Below, piece after piece: positions 1 through 10,268 of a stretch of 60,855 nt of DNA. Position numbers and translations under genes: made by a program. The stretch is taken from the NCBI GenBank assembly GCA_025458585.1, contig JALOSD010000001.1, positions 1-60,855 on the forward strand, written 5' to 3'. The notes below the pieces were generated by a model that saw only the letters and a list, made by a program, of their open reading frames with translations, did no database searches and was not told the DNA's origin. Every line of letters starts with the position of its first letter. Position 1 is the first letter of the stretch. The DNA is from Burkholderiaceae bacterium. Its GTDB lineage: Bacteria; Pseudomonadota; Gammaproteobacteria; Burkholderiales; Burkholderiaceae_C.

Positions 1-897
1 TCGGCGCACGAGGCGCGCAAGGTCGGCGCCGCGCTCGTCGCGCGCAACATCGCGACCCACCTCGAACGCTGGGTGGCCGACCACCCGCGCGACTGGCGCC
101 CGCTCGTCTACTGCTGGCGCGGCGGCCAGCGCTCGGGCTCGCTCGCGTGGTTCCTCGGGCAGATCGGCTTTCGCACGCAGCAGCTTGCAGGCGGCTACAA
201 GGCGTTTCGCGCCGTCGTGCGCGACGACCTGCAGCGCCTGCCGGCGGCGCTCGAGCTGCACGTGCTGTGCGGGCGCACCGGCTGCGGCAAGACGCGTCTG
301 CTGCAGGCGCTGAGCGACGCCGGCGCGCAGGTGCTCGACCTCGAGGCGCTGGCGTGTCACCGCGGCTCGGTGCTCGGCGCGTTGCCCGACCGTCGGCAGC
401 CGACCCAGAAGCGCTTCGACACCGTGCTGTGGCAGGCGCTGCGCGGATTCGATCCCGCGCGGCCGGTGTTCGTCGAGAGCGAGAGCCGCAAGATCGGCGC
501 GCTGCAGCTGCCCGACGCGCTCGTCGAGCGCATGCGCGTACACGGCCGCTGCGTCGAGGTCACGCTCGCCGACGACGAGCGCGTCGCGCTGCTGCTCGAG
601 GACTACGCGTTCTTCACGCGCGACGTCGAGCACTTCTGCCGCTGCGTCGACGCGCTGACGCCGCTTTGCGGCCGCGAGACGGTGCACGGCTGGCAGGCCG
701 CGGCGCGCTCCGGCCGCTGGGCCGAGGTCTTCGCCGAACTGATGCTGCGCCACTACGACCCGCTGTACGAGCGCTCGATGGCGCACCACTTCGCCAGCCG
801 CGCGGGCGCGCCTCGCCTGGCGCCGGCGCACCACGGGCGCGACGCCTTTGCCCAGGCGGCGCGCGACCTGCTCGCGAGCCTCGACGCGCGATCCTGA
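1..897 (+). CDS. mnmH: tRNA 2-selenouridine(34) synthase, 5'-partial
   Basis: Frame is open from base 1 (SAHEARKVGAALVARNIA). Rhodanese active-site motif YCWRGGQRS, P-loop GRTGCGKT, and LEALACHRGS and ESESRKIG motifs. Confidence 0.93.
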   Translation, partial: SAHEARKVGAALVARNIATHLERWVADHPRDWRPLVYCWRGGQRSGSLAWFLGQIGFRTQQLAGGYKAFRAVVRDDLQRLPAALELHVLCGRTGCGKTRLLQALSDAGAQVLDLEALACHRGSVLGALPDRRQPTQKRFDTVLWQALRGFDPARPVFVESESRKIGALQLPDALVERMRVHGRCVEVTLADDERVALLLEDYAFFTRDVEHFCRCVDALTPLCGRETVHGWQAAARSGRWAEVFAELMLRHYDPLYERSMAHHFASRAGAPRLAPAHHGRDAFAQAARDLLASLDARS

Positions 898-943
898 GGC
901 CCCTGCCGCCAGGCGGGACGCCCCGTCGCCGGCCCAGCCCGGC

Positions 944-957
944 TTGACGCTGCTCAA
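944..957 (+). promoter_or_regulatory. Putative FNR/FixK-type binding site
   Basis: TTGACGCTGCTCAA fits TTGA-N6-TCAA (FNR consensus TTGAT-N4-ATCAA) and lies upstream of the DUF2189 gene. Confidence 0.5.
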
Positions 958-966
958 GCGCCGGCG

Positions 967-1728
967 ATGCTGCGCATGGCAGCATCGCACCCACCATGCT
1001 TCCCGAGCCGGCGCTGGCTGGCGCTGGGCTGGGCCGACTTCGCGCGCAGGCCCGGACCGGGCCTGGTGCACGGCGCCGTGCTGGCGCTGTTCGGCGGCGT
1101 GCTGTTCATGCTCGCCTACGACCGTTTCTGGGCGCTCGCCGGCGCGTTCAGCGGCTTCCTGCTGCTCGCGCCGATCCTCGCCACCGGCCTGTACGCGATC
1201 AGCCGTGCGCTCGAACGAGGCGAGCGCGTCGACGTGCACACCGTGCTGGGCGTGTGGCGCCCGCACGACCTGCGGCTCGTCACGTTCGGCCTGCTGCTGG
1301 CGCTCGCCGGCACCGGCTGGGTGATGACGTCGGCGGCGCTGATCACTCTGTTCGCCGACGCCCCGGTGCGCAACCCGCAGGACTTCCTGCGTGTCGTCGT
1401 GCTGGCGCGCGACTCGATGCTGTTCGAGGCCTGGCTCGCGCTCGGCGGGCTACTCGCCGCGCCGGTGTACGCGTCGAGCGTCGTCGCGATCCCGCTGCTG
1501 CTCGACCGCGAGATCGGCCTGTGGCGCGCCGTGCTGACGAGCTGGCGCGCCGCGCTCGAACACCCGCTGCCGCTCGCGCTGTGGGCCGCGATCCTGATGC
1601 TGACAAGCAGCGCCGCGATCACCGCCGGGCTGGTGGGCCTGCTGGTCGTCGTGCCGTGGCTCGCGCACGCGAGCTGGCACGCCTATCGCGACCTCGTCGA
1701 CGCATCGTCGCTGCCCGAAGCGCGTTGA
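967..1728 (+). CDS. DUF2189 family integral membrane protein (start uncertain; possible 5' lesion near 1011)
   Basis: WLALGWADF, GFLLLAPILATGLYAISR, SVVAIPLLLDR and PWLAHASWHAYRDLV motifs, with several hydrophobic helices. Confidence 0.8.
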   Translation: MLRMAASHPPCFPSRRWLALGWADFARRPGPGLVHGAVLALFGGVLFMLAYDRFWALAGAFSGFLLLAPILATGLYAISRALERGERVDVHTVLGVWRPHDLRLVTFGLLLALAGTGWVMTSAALITLFADAPVRNPQDFLRVVVLARDSMLFEAWLALGGLLAAPVYASSVVAIPLLLDREIGLWRAVLTSWRAALEHPLPLALWAAILMLTSSAAITAGLVGLLVVVPWLAHASWHAYRDLVDASSLPEAR

Positions 1729-1734
1729 ACGGTC

Positions 1735-1950
1735 ATGTTCGGTTTCGACGAGGAGCAGATCGCGTGGTTCGGCCTGACGTTTGGCGTCACGGCCTTCATG
1801 CTGTACATGCTGTTCATCGTGCTGCAGCTCGCGCGCGAGTCGAAGGCGGGCAAGCTCGGCACCTTCGTGCTGCTGCTCGTGCTCGGCTTCGGCATGATCG
1901 GCTTCGCGGCCAAGGGGCTGATCAAGTTCTTCATCGGCGGCGCCGAGTGA
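1735..1950 (+). CDS. DUF2788 family small membrane protein
   Basis: 71 aa with two hydrophobic helices and the YMLFIVxQLARESKAGKxGT pattern. Confidence 0.8.
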   Translation: MFGFDEEQIAWFGLTFGVTAFMLYMLFIVLQLARESKAGKLGTFVLLLVLGFGMIGFAAKGLIKFFIGGAE

Positions 1951-2061
1951 CGCGCGGGCCGATGACGCCGCGATGAGCGCGCCACCGCCGTCGTGGCCAC
2001 CCACGAGCGGGCCCTGCCGGCCCGCCGACGCCTACGGCGCCCGCGGACTGACAGGCAAGGC

Positions 2062-2943
2062 TCAGAACGGCGTCGGGATGTAGCGCAGCTGCACGTCGGG
2101 CTCGCGGTAGTCGCCCGCCTTCTGGCGCTTGGGCAGCTCGATCTTGGGCATCGGCAGAGGCTCGTAGTCGATCTTGCTCAGCAGGTGGCGGATGATGTTC
2201 AGCCGCCCGCGCTTCTTGTCGTCGGTGCGGGCGACGTACCAAGGCGCCCACGGCGTGTCGGTAGTCGAGAGCATCTCGTCACGCGCACGCGAATAGTCGT
2301 ACCAGCGGCCGTACGACTTGAGGTCCATGTCGGTCAGCTTCCAGATCTTGCGCGGGTCGTCGATGCGCGCCTTCAGGCGCCTCGTCTGCTCCTCGGGGCT
2401 GACCTCGAGCCAGTACTTCAGCAGGTGGATGCCCGAGTCGACCATCGCCTTCTCGACGAGTTGCACGCCGTTGAGAAAGCGCCTGACCTCCTCCTCGGTG
2501 CAGAAGCCCATCACGCGCTCGACGCCGGCGCGGTTGTACCAGCTGCGGTCGAAGATCACGACCTCTCCGCCCGCGGGGAAGTGCGACATGTACCGTTGCA
2601 CATACATCTGCGACTTCTCGCGTTCCGTCGGCGCCGGCAGCGCGACGACGCGGAACACCCGCGGGCTGACGCGTTCGGTGATCGCCTTGATCGTGCCGCC
2701 CTTGCCGGCGGTGTCGCGCCCCTCGAAAACGATGCAGATCTTCGCCCCGGTGCGCTTGACCCACTCCTGCACCGCGACGAGCTCGCCGTGCAGCTTGCGC
2801 AGCTCGCGCTGGTAGTCCTTCTCCTTCATCGCCTCGGCAGGCTCGACCGCCGCCTGCTCGACGGCGGAGGCCTTCTCCGCCTTCTCCGCCTTCTCGACCT
2901 TCTCCGCCTGCTCTGCCTTCTCGCGCTTCTTCGACTTGCCCAC
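2062..2943 (-). CDS. ppk2: Polyphosphate kinase 2 (single-domain, class I-like)
   Basis: FEGRDTAGKGG Walker A, FDRSWYNRAGVERVMGF motif. GTG start at 2943 has GAGGAG 6 nt upstream. EKA-type repeats at the N-terminus. Confidence 0.93.
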   Translation of the reverse strand: MGKSKKREKAEQAEKVEKAEKAEKASAVEQAAVEPAEAMKEKDYQRELRKLHGELVAVQEWVKRTGAKICIVFEGRDTAGKGGTIKAITERVSPRVFRVVALPAPTEREKSQMYVQRYMSHFPAGGEVVIFDRSWYNRAGVERVMGFCTEEEVRRFLNGVQLVEKAMVDSGIHLLKYWLEVSPEEQTRRLKARIDDPRKIWKLTDMDLKSYGRWYDYSRARDEMLSTTDTPWAPWYVARTDDKKRGRLNIIRHLLSKIDYEPLPMPKIELPKRQKAGDYREPDVQLRYIPTPF

Positions 2944-3088
2944 GTCTTGCTCCTCGGTTGACCTGCTCATCATAAGCACACGGCTCTCACGTGGCACACG
3001 CGCAGGTGCTGAAAATCGCGTGGCTGCGACCGGCACGTTGCCAGGATGGCCGGGCCACGGCAGCGGCCGCTCCAGCGCCGGCGCGCCT

Positions 3089-4646
3089 TCAGGCGTCGCG
3101 GCCGCCCTCGAGGCCGTCGTCGGCCGCCGGCCCGAGCAATTGCTGCGCCTGCGTCTCGGGCAGCGCCTCGACCGACTTCAGCTGCCGCGTCATCGCGCGC
3201 GTGCGCACCTCGGCGGCGTCGATCGTGCTCGTCGCCTCCTCGAGCTTCTTGCGCGTCTTCGCGAGCACGTCGCCGAACTTGCCGAACTCGGTCTTGACGG
3301 CGCCGAGCACCTGCCAGACCTCGGCGCTTCGCCGCTCGAGCGCGAGCGTGCGAAAGCCCATCTGCAGGCTCGACAGCGTGGCGAGCAGCGTCGTCGGGCC
3401 GGCGAGCGTGATGCGGTGCTCGCGCTGCAGCGCCTCGACGAGACCGGGGCGGCGCAGCGCCTCGGCGTACAGCCCCTCGGTAGGCACGAACAGGATCGCG
3501 AAGTCGGTCGTGTGCGGCGCGGCGACGTACTTCTCGCGGATCGTCTTCGCCTCCAGCCGCAGCCGCGCCTCGATCGCCTTGGCCGCCGCGTCGACGCCGG
3601 CGGGGTCGGCGCGCTCGTGCGCGTCGAGCAGGCGCTCGTACGGGCAGGCGGATCGCGTATTCGACGCGCGCGCCGCTGCCGGGCACCGTCTCGACGTTGG
3701 CGGCGTACTGGTCGGGCGTCAGCACCTGTTCGAGCAGGCCCGCCAGCTGCACCTCGCCGAACACGCCGCGCGTCTTAACGTTCGTCAGCACGCGGTTGAG
3801 CGAACCGACGTCGCGCGCGAGGCTCTGCATCTCGCCGAGCCCCTGGTGCACCAGCTCGAGCCGCTCGGCGACCTGGCGAAAGCTCTCGCCGAGGCGCTGC
3901 TCGAGCGTCGCGTGCAGCTTCTCGTCGACGGTGGCGCGCATCTGCTCGAGCTTGGCCTCGTTGCCCTGCTGCAGCGCCTGCAGCCGGCCTTCGACGGTCT
4001 GCCGCATGTCGGCCAGGCGCCGCTCGTTCGACTCGGCGAGCGCGCGCAGCTGCTCGGCGAGCGTGTCGCTCAGGCGCTGCAGCGTCAGCGCCTGTTGCTC
4101 GGACACGCGCTGCAGCGTCAGCGCCTGCTGTTCCGACATGCGCTGCAGCGCCTGCACCTGCTGCTGCGAGACGTGCTGCAGCGCCTGCGCCTGCTGCTCG
4201 GCCTGGCGCGCGAGCGCGGCGTCCTGCGCGTCGCGAGCCGCCTGGCCCTGCGCGGCGAGCGTGCGTGCGGCCTCGGCGAGCGCGTCGCCGACCTGCTGCT
4301 GCATCGCCGCGAGCTGCGTGCGCAGCGTGTCGATCTGCTCGTTCTGCGTGCGCGCCGCGTCGCCCGACTGCGCGAGCAGCGTCTGCTGGAACAGCGTCAT
4401 CGTGGCCGCGAGCTCCTGCCGCGTCGCGCGGGCGCTGTCGCCGACCTCGGTGCGCACCTCGCGTGCGACGTGCCCCAGCTCGTCGCGCAGGCCGCTGCGC
4501 AGCGACTCGCCGACGGTGCGCAGACGTTCGTCGTCGCGACGGCCGAACGCAAGCCACAGCAGGCCGAGCAACGTGGCGAGGCTCAGCGCGAGCAGCACCC
4601 ACATCGACCACGCCGGCCAGGCCGGCACCGCCTCGATCGTCGTCAT
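3089..4646 (-). pseudogene. rmuC: DNA recombination protein RmuC, broken by a frameshifting deletion at 3640/3641 (real or assembly error)
   Basis: N-terminal TM helix and coiled coil, KLEQMRATVDEKL, NVKTRGVFGEVQL, VEYAIRLP. The frame then switches to YERLLDAHERAD...PHTTDFAILFVPTEGLYAE. The usual PIDAKFP segment is absent. Confidence 0.88.
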
Positions 4647-4682
4647 CGGCCCATTCTGTCAGCGCGCCTCGGACCGCCGCGC

Positions 4683-5333
4683 TCAGCCGCCGAGCGCGAT
4701 GACGACGCCCTCGATCGCGACGCCGAGCAGCGCCATCGTGACGCCGGTGCGCAGCGGCGGCATGCCCGCGTAGCGCGCCCAGTTCCAGCCGGCCGCGAAC
4801 AGCATCGCGATCGCGACGACGCCCGACACGCGCATCGCCAGCATCAGGTCGTCGATGAACATGAACGGCAGCACGACGGGAAACGTCGACAGGAAGACGA
4901 GCACGAACACGGCAACCGCGCCGGCGAGGTCGTCGCGCTGCAGCCGCGCGCGCTCGCGCAACTGCTCGGCCGGCATCGCGACGATGCGCTGGCGCAGCCG
5001 CTCGAGGTCGGGGCCGAGCAGTTCGGCGGCGGCGTCGCCGAGCTCGTCGCGGATCAGGCGTGCGCCGGCGGCGGCGTCGGGCGCCGCGCGAACCTGCTGC
5101 AGCACGTGCTGCTTGTGGCCGCGCGTGACCAGGTTGCGCAGCACGTACATCACGGCGTCCACGAAGCCCCAGGCCGTGTTGCAGCCGATCGCCGCCCACA
5201 TGACGGCGCGCACGTCGTCGGCGCCGGCGGTCGCGACGTTCATGGTGCCGGTGAACGACAGCACCATGAACAGGCCGAACAGGACCTCGGCGTTGCGGTC
5301 GATCGGGTCGAGAACGCGGCGGCGATCACTCAC
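4683..5333 (-). CDS. VIT1/CCC1-like membrane protein
   Basis: RVLDPIDRxxEVLFGL, AAIGCNxAWGxVDAVMY and VFLSTFPVVLPF patterns. GTG start with GGAGG upstream. Confidence 0.7.
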   Translation of the reverse strand: MSDRRRVLDPIDRNAEVLFGLFMVLSFTGTMNVATAGADDVRAVMWAAIGCNTAWGFVDAVMYVLRNLVTRGHKQHVLQQVRAAPDAAAGARLIRDELGDAAAELLGPDLERLRQRIVAMPAEQLRERARLQRDDLAGAVAVFVLVFLSTFPVVLPFMFIDDLMLAMRVSGVVAIAMLFAAGWNWARYAGMPPLRTGVTMALLGVAIEGVVIALGG

Positions 5334-5412
5334 TTGAGGGACCTCCGGTCACGGCGTGACCACTTCCCCAGGGTAGGAACGCGCCCCGTTCGGAGCGCCC
5401 GTGCGGGGGCAA

Positions 5413-6183
5413 TCATCGCCCGACCCCCGAGCCGTACAGGCAGATCGCCGCCGCGGCCGCGACGTTGAGCGACTCTTCGCCGCCCGGCTGCGGAATGCGC
5501 AGCACCAGGCTCGCGCGCTCGACGATCGCGGCCTGCACGCCCTGCCCCTCGTGGCCGAACACCCAGGCGCACGGCCACGGCAGGCGTGCGCGCGGCAGCG
5601 GCTCGCCGCCGTGCGAGCTCGTCACGAGCAGCGGCACGCCGAGGCGCTCGAGGTCGGCCGGCACCGCCCCCTCGACGAGGCGCAGCCCGAAGTGCGCGCC
5701 CATGCCGGCGCGCAGCACCTTCGGCGACCACAACCCCGCAGTGCCGCCGAGCGCGACGACCTGCCCGAAGCCGAAGGCCGCCGCGCTGCGCAGCACGCTG
5801 CCGACGTTGCCCGCGTCCTGCACGCGGTCGAGCACCACCGTCGGCACCTCGGGCTGCGGCGCGGGCGGCTCCGGCCGCTCGATCAGGAATCCGATCGCCG
5901 CCGGCGAGTCGAGGCCGCTCACGCCACGAAACAGCGCGTCCGGCACGATCGCGACGCGCGCGGCGGCGCGCGCCAGCTCGGCGACGGACGGCTGCGCCCA
6001 CGCCGACTCCGCGATCACCGCCTGGGCCGCCACGAGCCCGCGCGCGAGCAGCGCGCGGCACAGGTGGTCGCCCTCGAGCCAGACCGCCCCCAGGCGCCGG
6101 TACGCGGTCGGGTCGTGCGTGAGGCGGCGAACGCGCGCGAGCAGCGCGTTGTCGCGCGACGTGATGCGCACCGGCTCGGGCAT
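5413..6183 (-). CDS. TrmH/SpoU family RNA methyltransferase
   Basis: ITSRDN, LDRVQDAGNVGSVLRSA, FGHEGQG and ESLNVAAAAAICL SPOUT motifs. Confidence 0.9.
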   Translation of the reverse strand: MPEPVRITSRDNALLARVRRLTHDPTAYRRLGAVWLEGDHLCRALLARGLVAAQAVIAESAWAQPSVAELARAAARVAIVPDALFRGVSGLDSPAAIGFLIERPEPPAPQPEVPTVVLDRVQDAGNVGSVLRSAAAFGFGQVVALGGTAGLWSPKVLRAGMGAHFGLRLVEGAVPADLERLGVPLLVTSSHGGEPLPRARLPWPCAWVFGHEGQGVQAAIVERASLVLRIPQPGGEESLNVAAAAAICLYGSGVGR

Positions 6184-6191
6184 CGAAGGTC

Positions 6192-6854
6192 TCACGGCGT
6201 CACCGTGGCCGGTTCGCCCGCGGCGCCGCGCACCGGCGCGAAGCTGCGTCGGTGCGCCGCGCAGGCGCCGTGCGCGCGCAGCGCCGCCAGGTGCTCGGCC
6301 GTCGGGTAGCCCTTGTGGCCGGCGAAGCCGTACTGCGGATACGCGTCGTGCAGCGCGAGGCAGAGACGGTCGCGGTGCACCTTGGCGAGGATCGAGGCCG
6401 CCGAGATCGCGGCCACGGTCGCGTCGCCCTTCACGACGGCGCGCGCCGGCATCGGCAGCGGCGGCAGGCGGTTGCCGTCGACGAGCACGCGCCGCGGCGG
6501 CAAGCGCAGCCCCTGCACCGCGCGCTGCATCGCGAGCAGCGTGGCGTGCAGGATGTTCAGGCGATCGATCTCGTCGACGCTCGCCTCGGCGATGCAGCAG
6601 GCGAGCGCCTTGGCGCGGATCTCGTCGAACAGCCGCTCGCGCGTCACCGGGCCGAGGCGCTTCGAGTCGGCGAGGCCCTTGATCGGGTGCAGCTCGTCGA
6701 GGATCACCGCCGCAGCGACGACCGGCCCGGCGAGCGGGCCGCGCCCGGCCTCGTCGACGCCGGCCACGAGCCCGAGGCAGTCCTGGCGCGCGAGCAGCGC
6801 GCGCCAGCGCCGCGGCAGCGCCGCGTCAGCGGCCGAGGACTTGCGCGATGGCAT
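6192..6854 (-). CDS. rnhB: Ribonuclease HII
   Basis: [28 protein letters not shown] and HKGYPT motifs; follows lpxB. Confidence 0.95.
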   Translation of the reverse strand: MPSRKSSAADAALPRRWRALLARQDCLGLVAGVDEAGRGPLAGPVVAAAVILDELHPIKGLADSKRLGPVTRERLFDEIRAKALACCIAEASVDEIDRLNILHATLLAMQRAVQGLRLPPRRVLVDGNRLPPLPMPARAVVKGDATVAAISAASILAKVHRDRLCLALHDAYPQYGFAGHKGYPTAEHLAALRAHGACAAHRRSFAPVRGAAGEPATVTP

Positions 6855-7968
6855 CGGTGGCGGTGCGGGCGGTGTCGCGCCGCAACTGGTGGTGGAGGTC
6901 GGTGAAGCGCGCGTGCAGCGCGAGCATGCGCGCCGGCTCGTCGAGGAAGCGCGCGACCTCGCGCGCGAGCGCGTCCGGCGTCGCGTCGTGCTGCAGCAGC
7001 TCGGGCACGACGAACTCGCCGCACAGGATGTTCGGCAGCCCGACCCAAGGCTGGTAGCGCATGCGCTTCATGATGTGCCAGCTCAGTGCGCTCATGTGAT
7101 AGGCGATCACCATCGGGCGCTTGAACAGCGCCGCCTCGAGCGTGGCCGTGCCGCTGGCGATCAGCGTGACGTCGCACGCCGCGAGCGCCTCGTGCGAACG
7201 GCCGTCGACGATCGTCAGCGCGAGCTCGCGCCCGGCGAGCAGCGGCTCGACGTGCGCGCGCATGCCCGGCGCGAGCGGCAGCACGAAGCGCAGGTGTGGG
7301 CGCTCGCGCGCGAGCAGTGCCGCGGCGTCGAGGAACCGCGCGGCCAGGTGCGCGATCTCGGCCACGCGGCTGCCCGGCAGCAGCGCGACGACCTCGTCGT
7401 CGTCGCGCAGGCCCAGCGCCGCGCGCGCGGCGGCGGTCGGCGGGTCGAGCGGAATCACGTCGGCCAGCGGGTGGCCGACGTAGGTCGCGGCGACGCCGTG
7501 GCGCTCAAGCAGCGCCGGCTCGAACGGGAACAGGCACAGCACGTGGTCGGCGCTCGCCGCGATCTTGGCCGCGCGGCCGCCGCGCCAGGCCCAGATCGAC
7601 GGGCAGACGAAGTGCACGGTACGGATGCCGGCGGCCTTGAGCTGCGCCTCGAGGCCGAGGTTGAAGTCGGGCGCGTCGACACCGACGAAGGCGTCGGGCC
7701 GATCGGCGAGCAGCCGGCGCGCGAGCGCCCTGCGGATACCCGCGATCTCGCGGTAGTGGCGCAGCGCCTCGGCGTAGCCGTGCACGGCGAGCCGGTCGTG
7801 CGGCCACCAGGCGTCGAAGCCCTGCTCGCGCATGCGCGGCCCGCCGATGCCCGCCGCGCTGAGGTCGGGCCAGCGCCCGCGCAGCGCGCCGAGCAGCAGC
7901 CCGGCGAGCAGGTCGCCCGAGGCTTCGCCGGCCACCATGGCGAGGCGGGGCGCGGCGTCGCTCGCCAC
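6826..7968 (-). CDS. lpxB: Lipid-A-disaccharide synthase
   Basis: [29 protein letters not shown] and SGTATLE motifs. Confidence 0.95.
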   Translation of the reverse strand: MASDAAPRLAMVAGEASGDLLAGLLLGALRGRWPDLSAAGIGGPRMREQGFDAWWPHDRLAVHGYAEALRHYREIAGIRRALARRLLADRPDAFVGVDAPDFNLGLEAQLKAAGIRTVHFVCPSIWAWRGGRAAKIAASADHVLCLFPFEPALLERHGVAATYVGHPLADVIPLDPPTAAARAALGLRDDDEVVALLPGSRVAEIAHLAARFLDAAALLARERPHLRFVLPLAPGMRAHVEPLLAGRELALTIVDGRSHEALAACDVTLIASGTATLEAALFKRPMVIAYHMSALSWHIMKRMRYQPWVGLPNILCGEFVVPELLQHDATPDALAREVARFLDEPARMLALHARFTDLHHQLRRDTARTATDAIAQVLGR

Positions 7969-7975
7969 GTCGGCG

Positions 7976-8764
7976 TCAGCGCGCGATGCCGCGGCTGGAC
8001 TGCGCGAGGAAGTCGCCCATCAGCGCGACGTCGTCGGCCGCCTGCGGGACCTCGTCGGCAAGCGCCGCGATCGCCTCGCGCGCCTGCTCGAGCGTCCTGC
8101 CCTGGCGGTACAGCAGCCGGTGCATCTGCCTGACCGCGCCGATGCGCTCGGGGCCGAAGCCGCGGCGGCGCAGCCCCTCGACGTTGACGCCGCGCACCGC
8201 GAGCGGGTTGCCGTCGACGAGCATGAACGGCGGTACGTCCTGCGACACGGCGCTCGCGAAGCCGAGCATCGCGTGCGCGCCGACGCGGCAGAACTGGTGG
8301 ATGCCGGTCAGGCCGCCGACGATCGCCCAGTCGCCGAGGTGCACGTGGCCGGCGAGCGTCGCGTTGTTGGCGAGGATCGTGTGGCTGCCGACCTGGCAGT
8401 CGTGCGCCAGGTGCACGTAGGCCATCACCCAGTTGTCGTCGCCCAGGCGCGTGACGCCGGCGTCCTGCGCGGTGCCGAGGTTGAAGGTGCAGAACTCACG
8501 GATCGTGTTGCGGTCGCCGATCACGAGCTCGGTCGGCTCGCCGGCGTACTTCTTGTCCTGCGGCACGCCGCCGAGCGAGCAGAACGGGTGGATGCGGTTG
8601 TCGCGCCCGATCGTCGTGCGCCCCTGGACGACGCAGTGCGCGCCGACGCTCGTGCCCTCGTCGATGCGAACGTGCGGCCCCACCAGCGCATACGCGCCGA
8701 CCTCGACCGAGTCGGCGAGCTCGGCCGCCGGGTCGACGATCGCCGTGGGGTGGATGCGCGCCAT
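7976..8764 (-). CDS. lpxA: UDP-N-acetylglucosamine O-acyltransferase
   Basis: IHPTAIVD, hexapeptide repeats, PQDKKY, HLAHDC. Confidence 0.95.
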   Translation of the reverse strand: MARIHPTAIVDPAAELADSVEVGAYALVGPHVRIDEGTSVGAHCVVQGRTTIGRDNRIHPFCSLGGVPQDKKYAGEPTELVIGDRNTIREFCTFNLGTAQDAGVTRLGDDNWVMAYVHLAHDCQVGSHTILANNATLAGHVHLGDWAIVGGLTGIHQFCRVGAHAMLGFASAVSQDVPPFMLVDGNPLAVRGVNVEGLRRRGFGPERIGAVRQMHRLLYRQGRTLEQAREAIAALADEVPQAADDVALMGDFLAQSSRGIAR

Positions 8765-8794
8765 CGCGGTTCGCACGCTGTCAGGCAACCGCTC

Positions 8795-9232
8795 TCAGGC
8801 AGCCCGGCGCATCGTGCACATCAGCTCGGCCTCGACCGCCACCTCGTCGCCGACGCGTGCCGTCGTCGAGTAGCGGAAGATGCCCTGGCGGTGGCGCTGC
8901 AGCGACACGTCGAGCAGCAGCTGGTCGCCGGGCTCGACGACGCGCTTGAAGCGCGCGTTGTCGATGCCGACGAAGTAGAACAGCGTCTTCTCGTCGAGCT
9001 CGAGGCCGGCGGCGTCGAACGACAGCAGCGCCGACGCCTGAGCGAGCGCCTCGAGCATGAGCACGCCGGGCATCGTCGGGCGCTGCGGGAAGTGGCCGAC
9101 GAAGAACGGCTCGTTGATCGTCACGTTCTTCAGCGCGAGCAGCCGCCTGCCGGGCTCGACCTCGAGCACGCGGTCGACCATCACGAACGGGTAGCGGTGG
9201 GGCAGCTTCTTCAGGATCTGGTGGATGTCCAT
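8795..9232 (-). CDS. fabZ: 3-hydroxyacyl-ACP dehydratase
   Basis: [33 protein letters not shown]. Confidence 0.96.
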   Translation of the reverse strand: MDIHQILKKLPHRYPFVMVDRVLEVEPGRRLLALKNVTINEPFFVGHFPQRPTMPGVLMLEALAQASALLSFDAAGLELDEKTLFYFVGIDNARFKRVVEPGDQLLLDVSLQRHRQGIFRYSTTARVGDEVAVEAELMCTMRRAA

Positions 9233-9239
9233 CGTGGTC

Positions 9240-10268
9240 TCAGGCGATCTTCTTCTCGAGTTCGCGCAGGCGCTCGCGCAGGCGGTGCAGCTGGCGCAAC
9301 GTCGCGGCATTCTTCTCCCACGACGCGTTGTCGTCCAACGGGAACACGCCGGTGTACTCGCCGGGGGTTCGGATCGAACGGCTGACGAAGCTGCCGGCGG
9401 TGATGTAGGTACCGTCGACGATCTCGATGTGGCCGTTGATCATCGCCGCGCCGCCGATCATGCAGTGTGCGCCGATGCGTGCGCTGCCGGCGATGCCGAC
9501 GCAGGCGCCCATCGCGGTGTGCGCGCCGACGTGCACGTTGTGCGCGATGTGGATCAGGTTGTCGAGCTTGACGCCGTCCTCGACCACGGTGTCGTCGAGC
9601 GCGCCGCGGTCGATGCACGTGTTGGCGCCGATCTCGACGTCGTCGCCGATGCGCACCGCGCCGAGCTGCTCGATCTTCTCCCACCGGCCCTGGTGGGGCG
9701 CGAAGCCGAAGCCGTCGGCGCCGATCACCGCCCCCGCGTGCACGATGCAGCGCTCGCCGAGCCGGCAGCCGTCGCCGACGACGACACGCGGCGCGAGCCG
9801 CGTGCGCGCGCCGACCACCGCGCCGCGCCCGACGTGGCACTGCGCGCCGAGCACGGCGCCGGCCGCGATCGTCGCCCCGGCACCGACGACGGCGAGCGCA
9901 CCGACGGAGGCTTGCGGGTGCACGCTGCAGCCGGGTTCGAGCACCGCGCTCGGATGCACGCCCGCCGGCTCGCGCGGGCGCTCGCGTGCCGCCCACCACT
10001 GCGTGAGGCGGGCGAAGTAGTGGTAAGGGTCCGGCGTGGCGATCGACGCCGTGCCCGCGGGCACCTCGTGGCGCCACGCCGGCGCGACGATCACGCAGCC
10101 GGCGCTCGTCGTGGCGAGCTGGGCGCGGTAGCGCGGGTTGGCGAGGAAGCTGATCGTCGCCGCGTCGGCGGTCGACAGCGGGCCGATGCGCTCGACGGGC
10201 CGCGCTGCGTCGCCGTGCAACTCGCCGCCGAGGGCGGCGACGACGTCGGCGAGCGAGGCGGCCGTCAC
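9240..10268 (-). CDS. lpxD: UDP-3-O-acylglucosamine N-acyltransferase
   Basis: [32 protein letters not shown]. Confidence 0.95.
   Translation of the reverse strand: MTAASLADVVAALGGELHGDAARPVERIGPLSTADAATISFLANPRYRAQLATTSAGCVIVAPAWRHEVPAGTASIATPDPYHYFARLTQWWAARERPREPAGVHPSAVLEPGCSVHPQASVGALAVVGAGATIAAGAVLGAQCHVGRGAVVGARTRLAPRVVVGDGCRLGERCIVHAGAVIGADGFGFAPHQGRWEKIEQLGAVRIGDDVEIGANTCIDRGALDDTVVEDGVKLDNLIHIAHNVHVGAHTAMGACVGIAGSARIGAHCMIGGAAMINGHIEIVDGTYITAGSFVSRSIRTPGEYTGVFPLDDNASWEKNAATLRQLHRLRERLRELEKKIA

Noticed and set aside
1-897. Selenoprotein or SECIS system suggested by mnmH
   Set aside because: MnmH indicates tRNA selenation only. I found no in-frame TGA read-through candidate or sel genes in the window.
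6826-6854. 29-bp overlap between lpxB and rnhB
   Set aside because: An ordinary operon overlap with an uncertain rnhB start.
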